Assembly: GCA_951406725.2 (NCBI GenBank)
Contig: OX597815.1
Location: forward strand, 132,680,001-132,744,000
From: Octopus vulgaris
Lineage: Eukaryota
Length of the DNA stretch: 64,000 nucleotides
Direction: 5' to 3'
Part shown: piece after piece, positions 36,994 through 50,084 of the stretch
Layout of the letters: each line of letters opens with the position of its first letter
Position numbering within the stretch: the first letter of the stretch is position 1
Position numbers and translations under genes: made by a program
Notes under the pieces: generated by a model
What the model saw: the letters and a program-made list of their open reading frames with translations, nothing else
What the model was told of the DNA's origin: nothing
The model's database searches: none

Positions 36994-39049
36994 AAAGTAG
37001 ATACATACGCACGTACGTACAACGTATGAAGTAGTTCACGATCTAGACCTGTAACCATAACTTTATGGAACCAATATCAGTAACACAATCTATCCATCTC
37101 TCTCCCCTTTTTCTCTTTCATTGTCCCACTGTGTCTCTCTGTCTGTCTATCTCTCTTTCTCTCTGTCTTTCTCTCTCTCTCTCTCTATCTCTCTATCAAT
37201 CTAACTATCTATCTCTCTGATGTTCTCTCTACTTATGACACTATCTCTTATTCTCTAATGGCTTATCATTAATTTTACTATGATCAACGAACAAACATAT
37301 CGCAATAAAACTCAAAAGCACTGATGCAATCATGCATGTAAAATGTAACTGGCAATTAGATTTGATCATAACGAAAAGAATGAAAATTTAATTAACGAAG
37401 AAGTAGCTGTGTTTTGGGTTTTTTTTTTCTTTTGTGAAATACATGACTCTTCAGTGATACTAAAATAAAAATTATTGATTGTTGAACCATTGATAAATGA
37501 GGCGAATGCTGAGGTCTGTTGACTGATAGATGAAAACTCGGTAAATGTAGCAGATGTTTTGTTTAAGATTATAACGCGTGTAGAGAACATTTTTTTTTAA
37601 TCACTATTAATTACTGACGAAAAAGCTAAACTGATTCGAGGGAAGAGTTTTATGCTGATGCTTGTAGTTTAGAATTTTAGAGGAAACTTAAATATTTTAG
37701 CGCTTTGCTGTTTTTGTGCCTGCAACAGAAAATTCGGTTGGAACAATATATTTCAAGGGGAATTTATAGATAGAAACACTGCTAGGTGTGTTTCCGTAAT
37801 TATATCTCTCGTCGTGAAAGACAGATGAGGATTCAGCAAAATAAAGCAGTAATCATGTTCTATGGACATGAGTATGTCTCTCGAGGCCTGCTGGTGCCTT
37901 GCAAACCATTTTATCAAATGAAACAAGTTGTGAACTCAGTTTGCTTGAGTCCTTGTAGACCATTTGGTACGTGTTTTCTTGATCGAGCTGCAAGGCCTAC
38001 TTTGCTTCGTGTCACAAAACCACGATCACAGATAAGGTTTTCGTTCAGAAGAGCAGCGTCTTGCCAGCATGCCTTCCTGATTACACGAATTTCGTCCCGC
38101 TATGGCTGCAACGTAGGTGAACACACAAACACAGAGGGTTACAAGAACTGTACAAAATGTCGGGTTCAAGGGCAGCAGAAACGGCAACGGGATAGGGGTT
38201 GGGGCTGAGGGTAGAGTCGTAGTGCTAATAAGAACAATGACATACACACACATGTACAAACACACTCAAGCACAGTCGCATGCGCATATGTATCAGAGTA
38301 GAACAGAATGGTGTAAGCAGAGCAAGAACACACGCGAAGATGGAAAGTGCCACTGAGGAGGCGACAGATGTATGACGAAAGATTTCCGGAATAAAAGTAG
38401 AAATAAACGAGTGAAGAACGAATATATAGTGCGTGTGTTTAATTGACAAAAAAAAAGGAAGTAATTATATTCCCGAAATATACAACAATACAACCTTCGA
38501 TAAGTTCGTGCTTATTTCCGGATATTTACGCTATGAAGGCTATAATCATAAATGGATTTACATAGGATTACACATTAGGACATACGGAGTAACATCTTCG
38601 CTATTAAGAAGTTGAACTGTGAACATTTATAGTCCTTCTTTTTCTTCGTCTTCTTTTCTTTATTACTTTTCCCCAGTCCTCTATGTCAACATTTCCTTAA
38701 TCTACACCCTTCATATTTTCTCTATTTGTCACTGATGATGGAATATACAATATTTTTTGGATATCCCAGACTGTAGTTTTTAATTCCTGGATTCGTGTGT
38801 AACAGGTGTTTGTGTTTGGTACTATTGTGCCTATACTTTTGGCTAAACAAAAGGGGATATTCATCCTGGTGTGTCTCGGGTGATCATCGCCCCCCTCACA
38901 AATACTAATAGGATACAGAATGTGTGCCGTTAGCCAGATGGAAGAGATGCCTTTCTGGGGTTATACGACAGTAGCACTGTCCCGTATAGGTCGTTACACT
39001 TCATTAGCAATTATATGTATATATATGAGTATGTGTGTGTGTGTGTGTT

Positions 39050-40815
39050 TCCATAACAACCTGCTAACAACTCTACCTGTGTATATATAAACTGTGGGTA
39101 CAGGAGCATGACTACCTTCTACGTATATATCCTATTTAGTACTGGTGATGTTTCATTTATGGGGACGTACTCCTATATTTATCTTAGTGTTGGGTTTTTC
39201 GGGTGCTTGGATAAAATGCGGATGTCAAGTTGACCCAATGTGTCTCCATGTTCATCTTTGGCACATTGGTAGAGTATGGAGGACTGTTTTTGTCGTCATA
39301 TTGTCTCAAATGCCCATTTAGTTTCCCCGCAATGCTTGTAGATGCCACACTTATGTATATCATATACTTGTCTTTACAAGCACGCTCTATGCACTTTATG
39401 CTGTAGATTACATTTCTAGCTCTACAGTTAATGCCAGGGCAATATATATACCATGCAGTTATCATTGGTGCATGGTATTGTCAAAGGGGTACCTCCAACA
39501 TAGTTGTGATCTGATGGACGTCCCTGACATTTCAAGGATCTTAATGTTGAATTTCCTAAATCTTCGGAATAGTTCTTCTTGGTTTGTGACCTCTAACATC
39601 ACTCCTTGATATTTGTCACTCTTGTGTTCACTTTGTTGGATTTGTCACAAACTCTTTGTATCCTATTCCAGTCTTTACTTCTATATCTAGGTCAGGTACC
39701 ACTGGTTTCATTACATATAATATTATCTAACTTCTTTCTAGCTCCTCTGTATAACCGAACTCTATATTTCTGGTAAAATCCAGATAATTGCACGCGGTGC
39801 ATGAATTTCTGTACATGTTTCCTTTTTCATAGGGTTCGCATATTAGAGATTCGTTGTTCATTATCCTAAGTCTGCTATCAGTATGTTGAATTTCATGTTG
39901 TGTGACAAAGCTGAGTTCTTGTGCAAAACATATTTAGAAGCTATGGGTTTTATGTAATAGGAGTGGAGGAGCTGCGCTCTGTTGCTCACAGTCTCTAACC
40001 AAAGTTCAGTATCTAGGACAAACAGTCTATTGTTAGGGTTCCTAGTGAGGTAATCTATAATTACCATGATACAGCTAGATGCTGGATGCTCTCTATTATG
40101 CTCGTCTCGGTTTCTACAGTACACTTACTAGGGATTGTCCAAACAAGAATACTAATGTAATCTACATTACTACAGTAAAGCAAAAATATTGTAGATTATT
40201 TCGTTAAAGATTGTTTAAGTTTTCTGTCCCACCAGATCATGAAGAGGCTGGCCATATCTCCAGAACACCGACACCAATGGCTGCACCTTGAACCTGCATA
40301 TATAGTTTCCTGTTAAACCTTACTATGTGGTTCTTCAAGGTGGTTCTAATGCTAGCCCCTATTGCATGTGCAATCATTCTTTTCACCTGACTGTTGCTCT
40401 CAGGGTCCTCGATGGGTATGGTCCAGCCACTCGGGCACTCTGCAGTGCTTTTCTTCACTGCCGAGGTGATGGTGAGTGGTCTTTCCCTCTGTGACTTGGT
40501 GGGTCAAAATCTTCTAAGGTCACGACTGTCTAGGTAGTTACTGTCATAGATCAGTTTAAGAAGGAGGCTCAGTTCTCACGTGTTGACTTCGCGGAACTGT
40601 ATCTCACATTCACAGATAATCTCAATGCATTTTTCCACAGAAAAATGTATGTCTATAAATAGGTAGAGTGAAACTACATCCCTACTATCCACTACACAAC
40701 CTACGAGGTCGTTGGAGTGGCTGCACCTAATGACTCTACTCAGGAGATCCTCCGTGCTCACACAGATATCTAAAAAAATTTAAAGAGGGGTCGTAACAAC
40801 TGACAGAGGAATTAG
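39050..40815 (-). pseudogene. Penelope-like element remnant (RT + GIY-YIG)
   Basis: VDSRDVVSLY (RT motif A), NHIVRFNRKLYMQVQGAAIG (motif B), LFVLDTELW...YYIKPIASKYVLHKNSAL (thumb), NCRARNVIYSIKC...IYISVAS (GIY-YIG), in the correct order. Confidence 0.85.
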
Positions 40816-40825
40816 GATAGCTTAT

Positions 40826-41081
<256 letters not shown>

Positions 41082-41335
41082 GAGTGAGTGGACAAACGAA
41101 AGAAGAGCACTCAACCAATTTATTCGGAGTTACATGTATGGATCAAAACAATTAATGGATTTGAATCAAAATGTTTTGATCTATATATATATATTTACAT
41201 ATATATGTATAAATCTATGTATGCGCGTGTATATATATACTTACATATCGGCCTATATTATATAATACAAATATATATATGCAGCTGTATGTGCGTGCGT
41301 GTGTGTCTGTATGTGTGTGTGCGTGTGTGCGTGCA

Positions 41336-41369
<34 letters not shown>

Positions 41370-42015
41370 ACTGCGTGTGAGTGTGTGTTTCCGTAATTGC
41401 TTGCAGAATATCAGCTATTTACTTCCTTTTTTTTTGTATTTTCCTATACGTTTCCTTTCTACATATGTTTTTCAGGGGGTTGGGGTTCTTGAAATTCTCT
41501 CCAAGTCGTCTGGCAACATACATATTAGATGCTTAAACACTGCGCCTCTACAGATCATTATCCTTTATCGAGATTTGAGTCACACACACCCACCGTTATC
41601 AACATCATCGCCACCACCACCACCACATCCGCCTCAGCCGTTCGTGTCACATCAGTAATCAGTGAATCAATCAGGTGTTCAATATACGTAGGCGTTTTCT
41701 AAAGAATAACAAAATCAAGTAGATGCTTTCATGAATTATTATTGATGTTTCACTGATTCGATAACTTCACTATTAAACTAAAAGCTTATTTTCATTGTGG
41801 TATCTCTCTAATTTACTTTTATGTTTCTTTTAGTTTTGTTTCTTTATTACTTTCGTTTTATCTTGATATACGTTACAGGAGAAATGAATATTTTGGCTAC
41901 ATTACTCGATATACACTGCTATATTTACTATCGATTGGTTTCGTTTGCTTTCTGTTACTAATATCAGCGGACACGGACTGTGAGAAGTGGTGGGCGTATT
42001 ATGAACCAACAATGA

Positions 42016-42480
42016 TGACGTCAAACTCAGAATACACTACGTAGATATTTATAAAGAGGTAGATTCCTCACATGATGGAAAATCCCGTTAGCTACTTCTG
42101 ACGTCAATAGACTGCAACAAATAAAATGTTTCGATTTTTTTCTTTTATTCTTTCCCTCTAAATAGGACATTCAATTTTCCTACCACGTATGTTTCACAGG
42201 CTGTAGAAATTAATATTATGTATCAATAAGAGCTTGCGTGATATAATAACTAGTCACTGGCGTCATGTCACCGTATGATTTAGGACTTTCCAGGGATAAG
42301 ATGCAAGTTTCGATCTCAATAAACTGCAGTTTGTAAAATATTTGCTGATTTTCTTCTTTTTTTTGTCCATATCTTAGGTTACATTGAACTAAAACTACGA
42401 TGAAACACAGCGGATGGAATTACCCTGGTAGACATGGGTAGTAAACTTAATCAGTCACACAATTTAACATAATCACGTGG
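42016..42480. promoter_or_regulatory. Candidate inducible enhancer/promoter (CRE x2, kB-like x3, TATA-like, E-box)
   Basis: TGACGTCA at 42016 and 42099; GGAAAATCCC at 42077; AGGACTTTCC at 42282; GGAATTACCC at 42416; TATTTATAAAG at 42046; CACGTG at 42474. Confidence 0.35.
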
Positions 42481-42732
42481 TCGTAAGGCGGCTGTAGTGT
42501 TGAACTTATGTATATATTATATATATATATATATATACTTTACTTGTTTCAGTTATTTGATTGCGGTCACGCTGGAGCGCCGTCTGTGATCGAACAAATC
42601 GACCCCAGAACTAACTCTTTGTAAGCCTACTACTTATTGTAGATTCCTTTTTCCAAACCGCAAAGTTACGAAAACGTAAACACACTAACATCGTTTGTCA
42701 ACCGATGGTGGGGAACAATCACTGAAACACAA

Positions 42733-42767
<35 letters not shown>

Positions 42768-42908
42768 CGACGGGTTTCTTTCAGTTTCCATCTACTAAAT
42801 CCACTCACAAGGCTTTAGTCGGCCCGATGCTACAGCAGAAGACACTTACCGAAGGTGCCATACAGTGGGACTGAATCCGGAACCATCTGATTGGGAAGCA
42901 AGCTTCTT

Positions 42909-45003
42909 TATTTCATTAAATTAGCCATAAAGGCCTTACACAGAGAAAAATGAAGCTGCGGGCCGGACAAAGACATTAATGAGATGAGATGAATGATGAA
43001 CAGGATGGTATTAATTGGGGAAGGCAAAGGACGCGCCACCGATCACTGCTTCCTCAATCCATTGTTTTTTTTTCCTTTTTACAAAGCAAAAATCACAGAA
43101 ACGAGGTAATTAGCCTCTCATCTTAGTTCCATAATATTGCACAAACTAAAGCACTGAGCCTCTTACCAACAAAGAATACTTTACAAAAAGGAGGCATTAC
43201 GTCACTTACTTTGTAAAACAGAATAAGGTTTCAAACCCCTCATCAATTCATTACACTGAGTCTTTTCAACTTCTTATTCATATTCCTCCCCAGCATCGCT
43301 TGTGACCACATATTCCGCCATCACCCATGCCTGATTCAAACACAAAGCGGGTGATTGTCGGCGGCGTCTAGCCAAAAGCGATATTCCTCATTGAACCCCT
43401 CCAGCCAACGCAACACGCGCAACGTTTTGACCTCCACAGCTATCTGCAGATGCCATTCGGGATCCCGTGTGCATGTTAAAGTTACTCCCTTATGGTGCTA
43501 TTTCAGCACCTTCTACAACTGTCCGCCTCTGTAGAAGAAGACCAATAATTCATCTTTTTCCGGGGACAAGATAGTCACTTCTCAACTGAGAGAGGGTACG
43601 TCTCCTCTGTGACTGGGAGATTCGCCTGCCCTCCCTCATCCCTAGCACCCATTTTACTCACCTTCTTCCTCTGGCGGCCCTTTTGTGAGGAGTCTTCCGC
43701 CTCCTCGGCTGCCTTCGTTCCCTCTTTTACAGAGGTCTCAACCAACTGCTCCAGGACCTTACTTTGTTCCTAGAGACCGTTTCTCTTTATATGGCCAGGC
43801 TCCAGGCACCGATGAAACCTGGGGAGGGCACCCTCAAGAATCACCGAATACCTATAACCGACCATTTAAAAAAATCTGGAAATACCAGATTCTTGGCTGA
43901 TTGGATCCACAGAGTCAAAACCGCTTTTGATCCTATCCAATCAGCCGCAGGCAAAATTTTCACAATGAGGAGCTTGGCTCCGCTGCCACCCAGACCCCGG
44001 CGGATAGTCTCATCTATCCACTCGGGTTCTATCCCGGTTGGCAACCCGCAAACGTAAGCTCTCGTCAACTTCTTCCCGCAATACGTGGGAAGAAACAAAA
44101 TTTTATTGCCCTCCAGAGGCTGGCTCGCAAAAATGCGAGCCTTTTCCTGAGTGTCAAATAGCAACCAAAGGGTTACATATCTGACACCCCGTGCAATAAA
44201 TTTTACGTTTGATAAATGTTCTTTTAATTCTTTTTCAATTATTTCTTGGGAGAACACGACGATGGCGTCGCGAATCTTCGAATATGTTCTCAACACCACC
44301 ATCTTCTCCTTTTGCTGTGTAATCCATTCCTTGCGTGGGGCAATCTCCCACTCCAAGATATTTCCTTTCGCCATGCTTTTTTTAAAAACGTCCCCACAAC
44401 AGTTCAAAGTAAAAACGGAAGGCAAAAACATAAATAAAAACAAAAAAAAAACAGTCAGAAAGAAGACAAGGGAAAAAACAAAACAGAAAGGACAGGAAAA
44501 ACTGAAAAAAAAAACCAATTTAGCACGACTGCAGTTCTTCAGGTTATGCAAGTTCAAATCACAGCTCGTTTTACAAAATTGTTTTCGGCCAACCGGTACT
44601 GCAGGCCCTTGTATTTCCAAAAGGTACTCCAATAGAGTCAGGAACACGGTAGCAGTAAAGAATATTTTACCATGAAATGGTAACTGCACAAGAAGAAAAA
44701 AAATTTTCCACAAGAGAAAAAAATTCCACAATTTATGGCGCAGAGGATCCGCTCACCAAAACAATTCACTTAAAAGTGAACAAATTTTGCCCAACTGTAG
44801 GCAGACCAGAGTTCAGAATCCAGTGAGGACTTCTTATTTGTACAAAAAATAATTACAGTAATCCCCACTGGACCCCCCCCCAAAAAAGTCTTACCTTACA
44901 GCTGAGCTTCTGTTTTAATCAATATTTCGCCAGCTGCACACCAGCATGGCTACTTCTTTCAGTGCTACGAACAACACTGACAATACGCATGCGCGGTAGC
45001 ATA
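42909..45003 (-). mobile_element. ORF1/gag-only non-LTR-like element with a perfect 16-bp TSD
   Basis: TSD GGGAAGCAAGCTTCTT at 42893-42908 and 45004-45019; 2095 bp; ORF1-like protein; AATAAA at the 3' junction; no RT. Confidence 0.85.
43770..44374 (-). pseudogene. gag/ORF1-like protein, frameshifted before a decayed zinc knuckle
   Basis: MAKGNILEWE...QEIIEKELKE...FIARGVRYVT...LPTYCGKK..., then in another frame ILEGALPRFHRCLEPGHIKRNG; aligns by eye with the 30508-31130 protein. Confidence 0.7.
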
Positions 45004-45602
45004 GGGAAGCAAGCTTCTTACCACACAGCCATTGCAATTTGCAATATTTCACCAAAAAGGAGAATTACAAATGTCACTGAATGCGACCAGGATGTTAGGA
45101 AACATCAACGTTGCTAGAATTAAGACCGGCACTTTTCAGACGATTGTGGTCCTTGTTAGCGTATGTTTTCGTTCATGTACGTTAACTACACATTAAAGCG
45201 GTTTAGCAATTATTTCTAGAAATGTAGGTGTTTCCTAACACTCTGGTCGTATATAGCTTAGTGGTTAGGGAGAATCCATTGTTATTGTTGTTGTTGTTGT
45301 TGTTATTGTTACATGTGTAAAGAGAGAGGGGGGAAGAGAGAGAGAGAGAAGTAGCAACGTTATGCATAAAAACTATTGATTTAGCGGTTTCATTTCTTCT
45401 AGGAATTCGTCATGATTACTCCCCGGAAAGGGGTAAATAGATATGGTTTTGCCAAATTCTGAGCGCCATCTTTTACTTATTAAATCTTTACAACACTTCT
45501 GACAACCTATGCACACACACACACACACAAACAAACATATACACACACATACAAACATACACACACACACACACACAAACATACACACACACACACAAAC
45601 AT

Positions 45603-45635
<33 letters not shown>

Positions 45636-45667
45636 CATACATGTATCTAATATATATAACTGGGAAT

Positions 45668-45835
45668 GTGGCGATCTGGCTGAAACGTTAGCACAGTGGG
45701 AAAAATGCTTAGCGGTATTTCGTCTATCTTTACGTTCTAAGTTCAAATTCCGCCGAGGTCGAGTTTCCCTTTCATCCTTTCGGGGTCGATAAATTAGGTA
45801 CCAGTTGCGTACAAGGGTCGATCTAATCTACTGCG
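45668..45835 (+). mobile_element. SINE family 1
   Basis: Diagnostic head and body. Confidence 0.85.
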
Positions 45836-47087
45836 GCCTTTAGTCGAACAAGTCGACCTCTGGACTTATTCTTTGTACGCTTTGCATTTATTATATCGGT
45901 TTCTTTTGCCGAACCGCTAAGTTACTGGAACATAAACACACCAACATCGGCTTTAAAGCGATAGCAGGAGGACAAACATATAGACACAAATACACACATA
46001 TATTTTTTAATGGAAGTCTGTCGGGTTCGACAATGACGTCAGTGACGCCGGAGGTGGGAGCGGAACCCAAAGGCGAACGCGCAGACATGGCTGCATGTTG
46101 GGCACATAAAAGCAGAAGTAGGGTTGGAGATCCTCTCTTTTCGGGCTTGTGGTTTCTGATCCAGGCTCTTGAGGCGCTCTTCTTCGAACAGCCTAACACC
46201 CTTTTGGACAGCTGGACGCCAGGCGCCGCAGTCAGAGGCAAGCGATTCCCAGTCACGCCGCAAGCCTCAATGGAAGTTTTCAGGCTGTCCTTGTATCGCC
46301 TCAGTAGCCTTCCAGGTTTTCTTGCTCCAGAAGCCAGCTCAGAGAAGATCATCTTTGGTAGACGCGCGTCGTCTATTCGGACTACATGCCCGACCCACAG
46401 GAGCTAGGCCTTCATGATGTGGGCTTCGATCCCGGGCATTTCAGCTCTGCGAAGCACCTCAATGTTAGAGACTCTGTTCTCGCAGGAAATTCCCATGGTT
46501 TGTCGCAAGCAGCGGACGTGGAACTGGTCAAGTACTCGTATTTGCCTCCTATACAGCATCCACGTCCCACAGTCGTATAGCAGAGAGGTGATGACAACTG
46601 CCCTATAGACTGCAAGCTTGGTGGAAAGTCTGATGCCTCGTTCGGCCCACACACGTGTCCGAAGGCTTTTGCTGCTTCTGCGAGACAAGTGGCAAGTTCT
46701 TGCAGGTTTGGTTCATTCAATGCTGCACGCGCAATATCGTCTGCAAACAGGAAGTCTCATACTAGGGCGTCCAGGACTTTGGTTTTTGCTTTCAGACGTC
46801 TGAGGTCAAAGAATCGGTGTCACATATGTAGCGAATAGTGACACCAACAGCAGATTCTTGACAAGGCGTGGAAGAGCATGGTGAAAAACATGAGGTTGAA
46901 GAGTGGGGGAGCCATATATATATACACGACAGGATTCTTTCAGTTTCTGTGTACCAAATCCATACACAAGGCTTTGGTCGGCCCGAAGCTATAGTAGAGG
47001 ACACTTACACAAGGTGCCACGTAGTGGGACCGGACCCGGAACCATGTGGCTGCTAAGCAAGCTACTTACCACACAGCCACGCCTGCG
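45835..47087 (-). mobile_element. SINE family 2 split at its (TA)n linker by an RTE fragment
   Basis: Tail 45835-45995 and head 46925-47087. Confidence 0.8.
46005..46910 (-). mobile_element. RTE-clade LINE 3' fragment (pseudogenised)
   Basis: LRTRVWAERGIRLSTKLAVYRAVVITSLLY...WVGHVVR...RYKDSLK...CPTCSHVC...SHLRRH (C-terminal C2H2 finger). Confidence 0.92.
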
Positions 47088-47089
47088 GT

Positions 47090-47159
<70 letters not shown>

Positions 47160-47564
47160 CAAAGAGAATGGGATTTTTATTGCAATTATTTCCTTGAAAT
47201 TCGACTTCATGAACATAGAAGGCGAAGGTACCTAAAAGCAAAGGATTAAAAGCAATAGAAACACAACACTTCTCCATAACAACCAACATTAAAGCCTAGC
47301 TACCACCCTACTCAAACCCACCCACCAAAGAACGATTTTAACTGAACAGGGACTATATAAAACCAAGATTAACTTCAATGGTTCGCTTTCTGACGATGTG
47401 TTAACAGGGTCAAACTTTGAAGTCACTGTCAGTAATATTTCTTTTTACGAATAATATTTGTACACTACAAAAGTATTGAATAAGCCATCCGATAAATGTA
47501 TAATTGATTTTATCGTAAATAAACATAACAACAAACATCAAAATATATACATACACACACACAA

Positions 47565-47597
<33 letters not shown>

Positions 47598-47755
47598 CAT
47601 ACATACACATATATATGTATACATACACACATATATATATTTATACATACACACATATATATATATTTATATATATACATACATATATGTGCGTATTTTA
47701 TGTCTGTGTGAATATGTCTATATGTATGTGTATATATGCGTGGGTGTATGTATTT

Positions 47756-47811
<56 letters not shown>

Positions 47812-47842
47812 GTGTGTGTGTCTGTGTGTGTTGGGTGATGAA

Positions 47843-47980
47843 AGTACGTGGCCTGTTGCTTAGGCAGGCTGCACTCACGATCTCACGGTCGGGTATGCGA
47901 TTCTCAGACCGGCTTCGCGTGGTGTTTTCTTGAACAAAACACGTTGTTTTATGTTGTTTCAGTCTACTCAGCAGTAGATG
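47843..47980 (+). mobile_element. SINE family 3 head, decayed
   Basis: CGTGGCCTG...CACTCACGATC...GTGTTTTCTTGAACAAAACAC...CAGTCTACTCAGC. Confidence 0.6.
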
Positions 47981-48099
47981 CTTGGCCCTGGGAAGGACCG
48001 CCTTTCCAATCAGGGTGAATGTTGATCTCGTCACTGAACAGCGAGGTGGCAAAATTCGTAAGCTAAAAAAATGCAAAGTGCATTGTGGTCAATCATGTA

Positions 48100-48310
48100 C
48101 AGGGTGCGGCATATATACCTCCCACATTTTAAACTTTCACCTATGTGTTGCTAATGAACGTACGCAAGAGCCAATGATGTTTTTATTTAGCTAATGAACA
48201 AAAACTATAACCCTTTGTTTAAACAACAGTAATATTAATTTTTCATAAATTTTGTTTCTTTTTCCTTTTGTTCACCTCTCAAAAGTAGGAGGTATTTCTG
48301 CTGCACCCTG
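48100..48310. mobile_element. Tc1/mariner-type MITE
   Basis: TA-CAGGGTGCGGCATATATACCTCCCAC ... GTAGGAGGTATTTCTGCTGCACCCTG-TA: 26-bp imperfect TIRs, TA TSD, 211 bp. Confidence 0.85.
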
Positions 48311-48352
48311 TATATCAAAATCCGATAGCAAGATCGATCCCGTGGTCACGTA

Positions 48353-48420
<68 letters not shown>

Positions 48421-48421
48421 A

Positions 48422-48467
<46 letters not shown>

Positions 48468-48469
48468 CT

Positions 48470-48830
48470 AACAGATTAAAGTTCTTGTCCAGCAATTCCA
48501 AAATCAGAAATTCCATTTACCAGTGTAAAAATTCTTCCGGTACCGGTGTCTTCTTCTACATTGGGGCTACTACTTCTAAATTATCCCAGAGGATTTCCAA
48601 TCATTATTCAACTTTCCGAGATAAGAGAAAACAACAAAGCACAGGACTAAGTAAACTAGTTTGGCGTCTTAAGGACAGCAATATAACTTTCAAGCTGGAA
48701 GGGTCCATATTGTCTGTATCCTTTCCGTATGATAAGGGCAGAAAATTTTGTGGCGTAAATACAATAGTTGAAAAATTCTATAGGTGCATGCACTGGCAGA
48801 AACACACCTTTCACTCATATTAATGATGAT
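48470..48830 (+). pseudogene. Penelope-like GIY-YIG endonuclease remnant
   Basis: NSIYQC...FYIGATTSKLSQRISNHYSTFR...STGLSKLVWRLKD...ILS...PY...KFC; begins right after (TA)n. Confidence 0.85.
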
Positions 48831-49673
48831 TAATATAGATAACCTCCTTGAATTTAATAATTTGGTTCCACTTGTACAACACCACCATAGACACATTTTT
48901 TATACTCATGAAGGACTACTACCAAATTCGGGGTATGTTTTACCTTTGTCTCTCTACCTCTCCCTCCTCTCTCTCTCTCTCCCTCTCTATATCGTAAGCA
49001 CAATCAAACACACAGACACAAACCTGTCACTTCACTACTAGTTGTTTTGGCATCTACCCAACCACACACACAATCACGCACACATATACACACACATAGA
49101 CACGAATGCAGTTATATACATACACACACATAGGCACTCAATCTCATTAGCAAAGACAAAAAACAACACATCACCATTCATATGACTTGCACTCTGTCAC
49201 CTTCCTATTCTTAGATCTCTCCTCTTCCAACCTTGTTTGAACTCTTGAACTTTCTAGAATCTTCTACATTCAACCATTTTTGACGTCACTGCTTATAACG
49301 GAATATTTTAAAGAGACACTCATTATCGCTATGGACTCCGTGTGGGCAGTCATCTAAAAGTTTTTGTTCATCATGATGCTGACTTAAGTTCCTTGTCTTT
49401 CCTGATGAGAAGGCGGCATATTGCACGCCTTATTCCTTCGAAATTAGGAATATGCAGTCTTCGAAACATATGTCGAGAATAAAGGAATTTTGTTAAATCG
49501 TCGTTCAACTCCATTCTTTTATTTATTTGTATTAAAAAAACACACGAATTTCCACACGGAAGCACATGATCTCTGCCCTTGGCATGTAGCTTCAACCGTG
49601 TTTTTCTGACGTGAATTTGCTACCCGGGTATCGGTTAACCGAATTATCCATACTAGGATAATTCATTCAACTA

Positions 49674-49723
<50 letters not shown>

Positions 49724-49762
49724 TGCATATATATATATATATATACGTACATATATATATAT

Positions 49763-49832
<70 letters not shown>

Positions 49833-49834
49833 TG

Positions 49835-50075
49835 GCAGTCCATCGGTTACGGCGTCGAGAGTTCCAGTTGATCAATCAACAAATCAGCTTGCTCTCTAAA
49901 TTAACGTGTAGGTGCCTGAGCACTTCACAAACACGCGCATCCTTTATATATTTCTCAAAGAGATTCAGCGTGACAGAATATGAGCTGGCCCTTTGAAATT
50001 CAGGTACAAATCATTTTTCCAGCTCAATGCACTATAGCCACGTGAGATAAAGTACCTTGCTCAAGGACATCACGC
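49835..50075 (-). mobile_element. SINE family 3, headless
   Basis: Matches 34495-34745. Confidence 0.8.
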
Positions 50076-50084
50076 AGATACAAT

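Larger units (their letters stand above)
42537..45030 (-). mobile_element. SINE family 2 interrupted in its tRNA head by an ORF1-only element
   Basis: Body 42537-42908; remainder of the head GGGAAGCAAGCTTCTTACCACACAGCCA at 45004-45031. Confidence 0.85.

Noticed and set aside
37786-38208. 140-aa ORF in non-microsatellite DNA
   Set aside because: Non-ATG start, no recognisable domain or splice structure
38728-38776. CTGATGA followed by a weak hairpin
   Set aside because: No GAAA or cleavage triplet in register
44375-44731. Hydrophobic N-terminal extension of the 296-aa ORF suggesting a membrane protein
   Set aside because: T-rich leader of the element with a non-ATG start; homology to the sister element begins after MAKGN at 44374
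47386-47415. TTT-CTGACGA-TGTGTTAACAG-GGTC-AAA
   Set aside because: GAAA half of the core is missing; possibly a deleted hammerhead but unsupported
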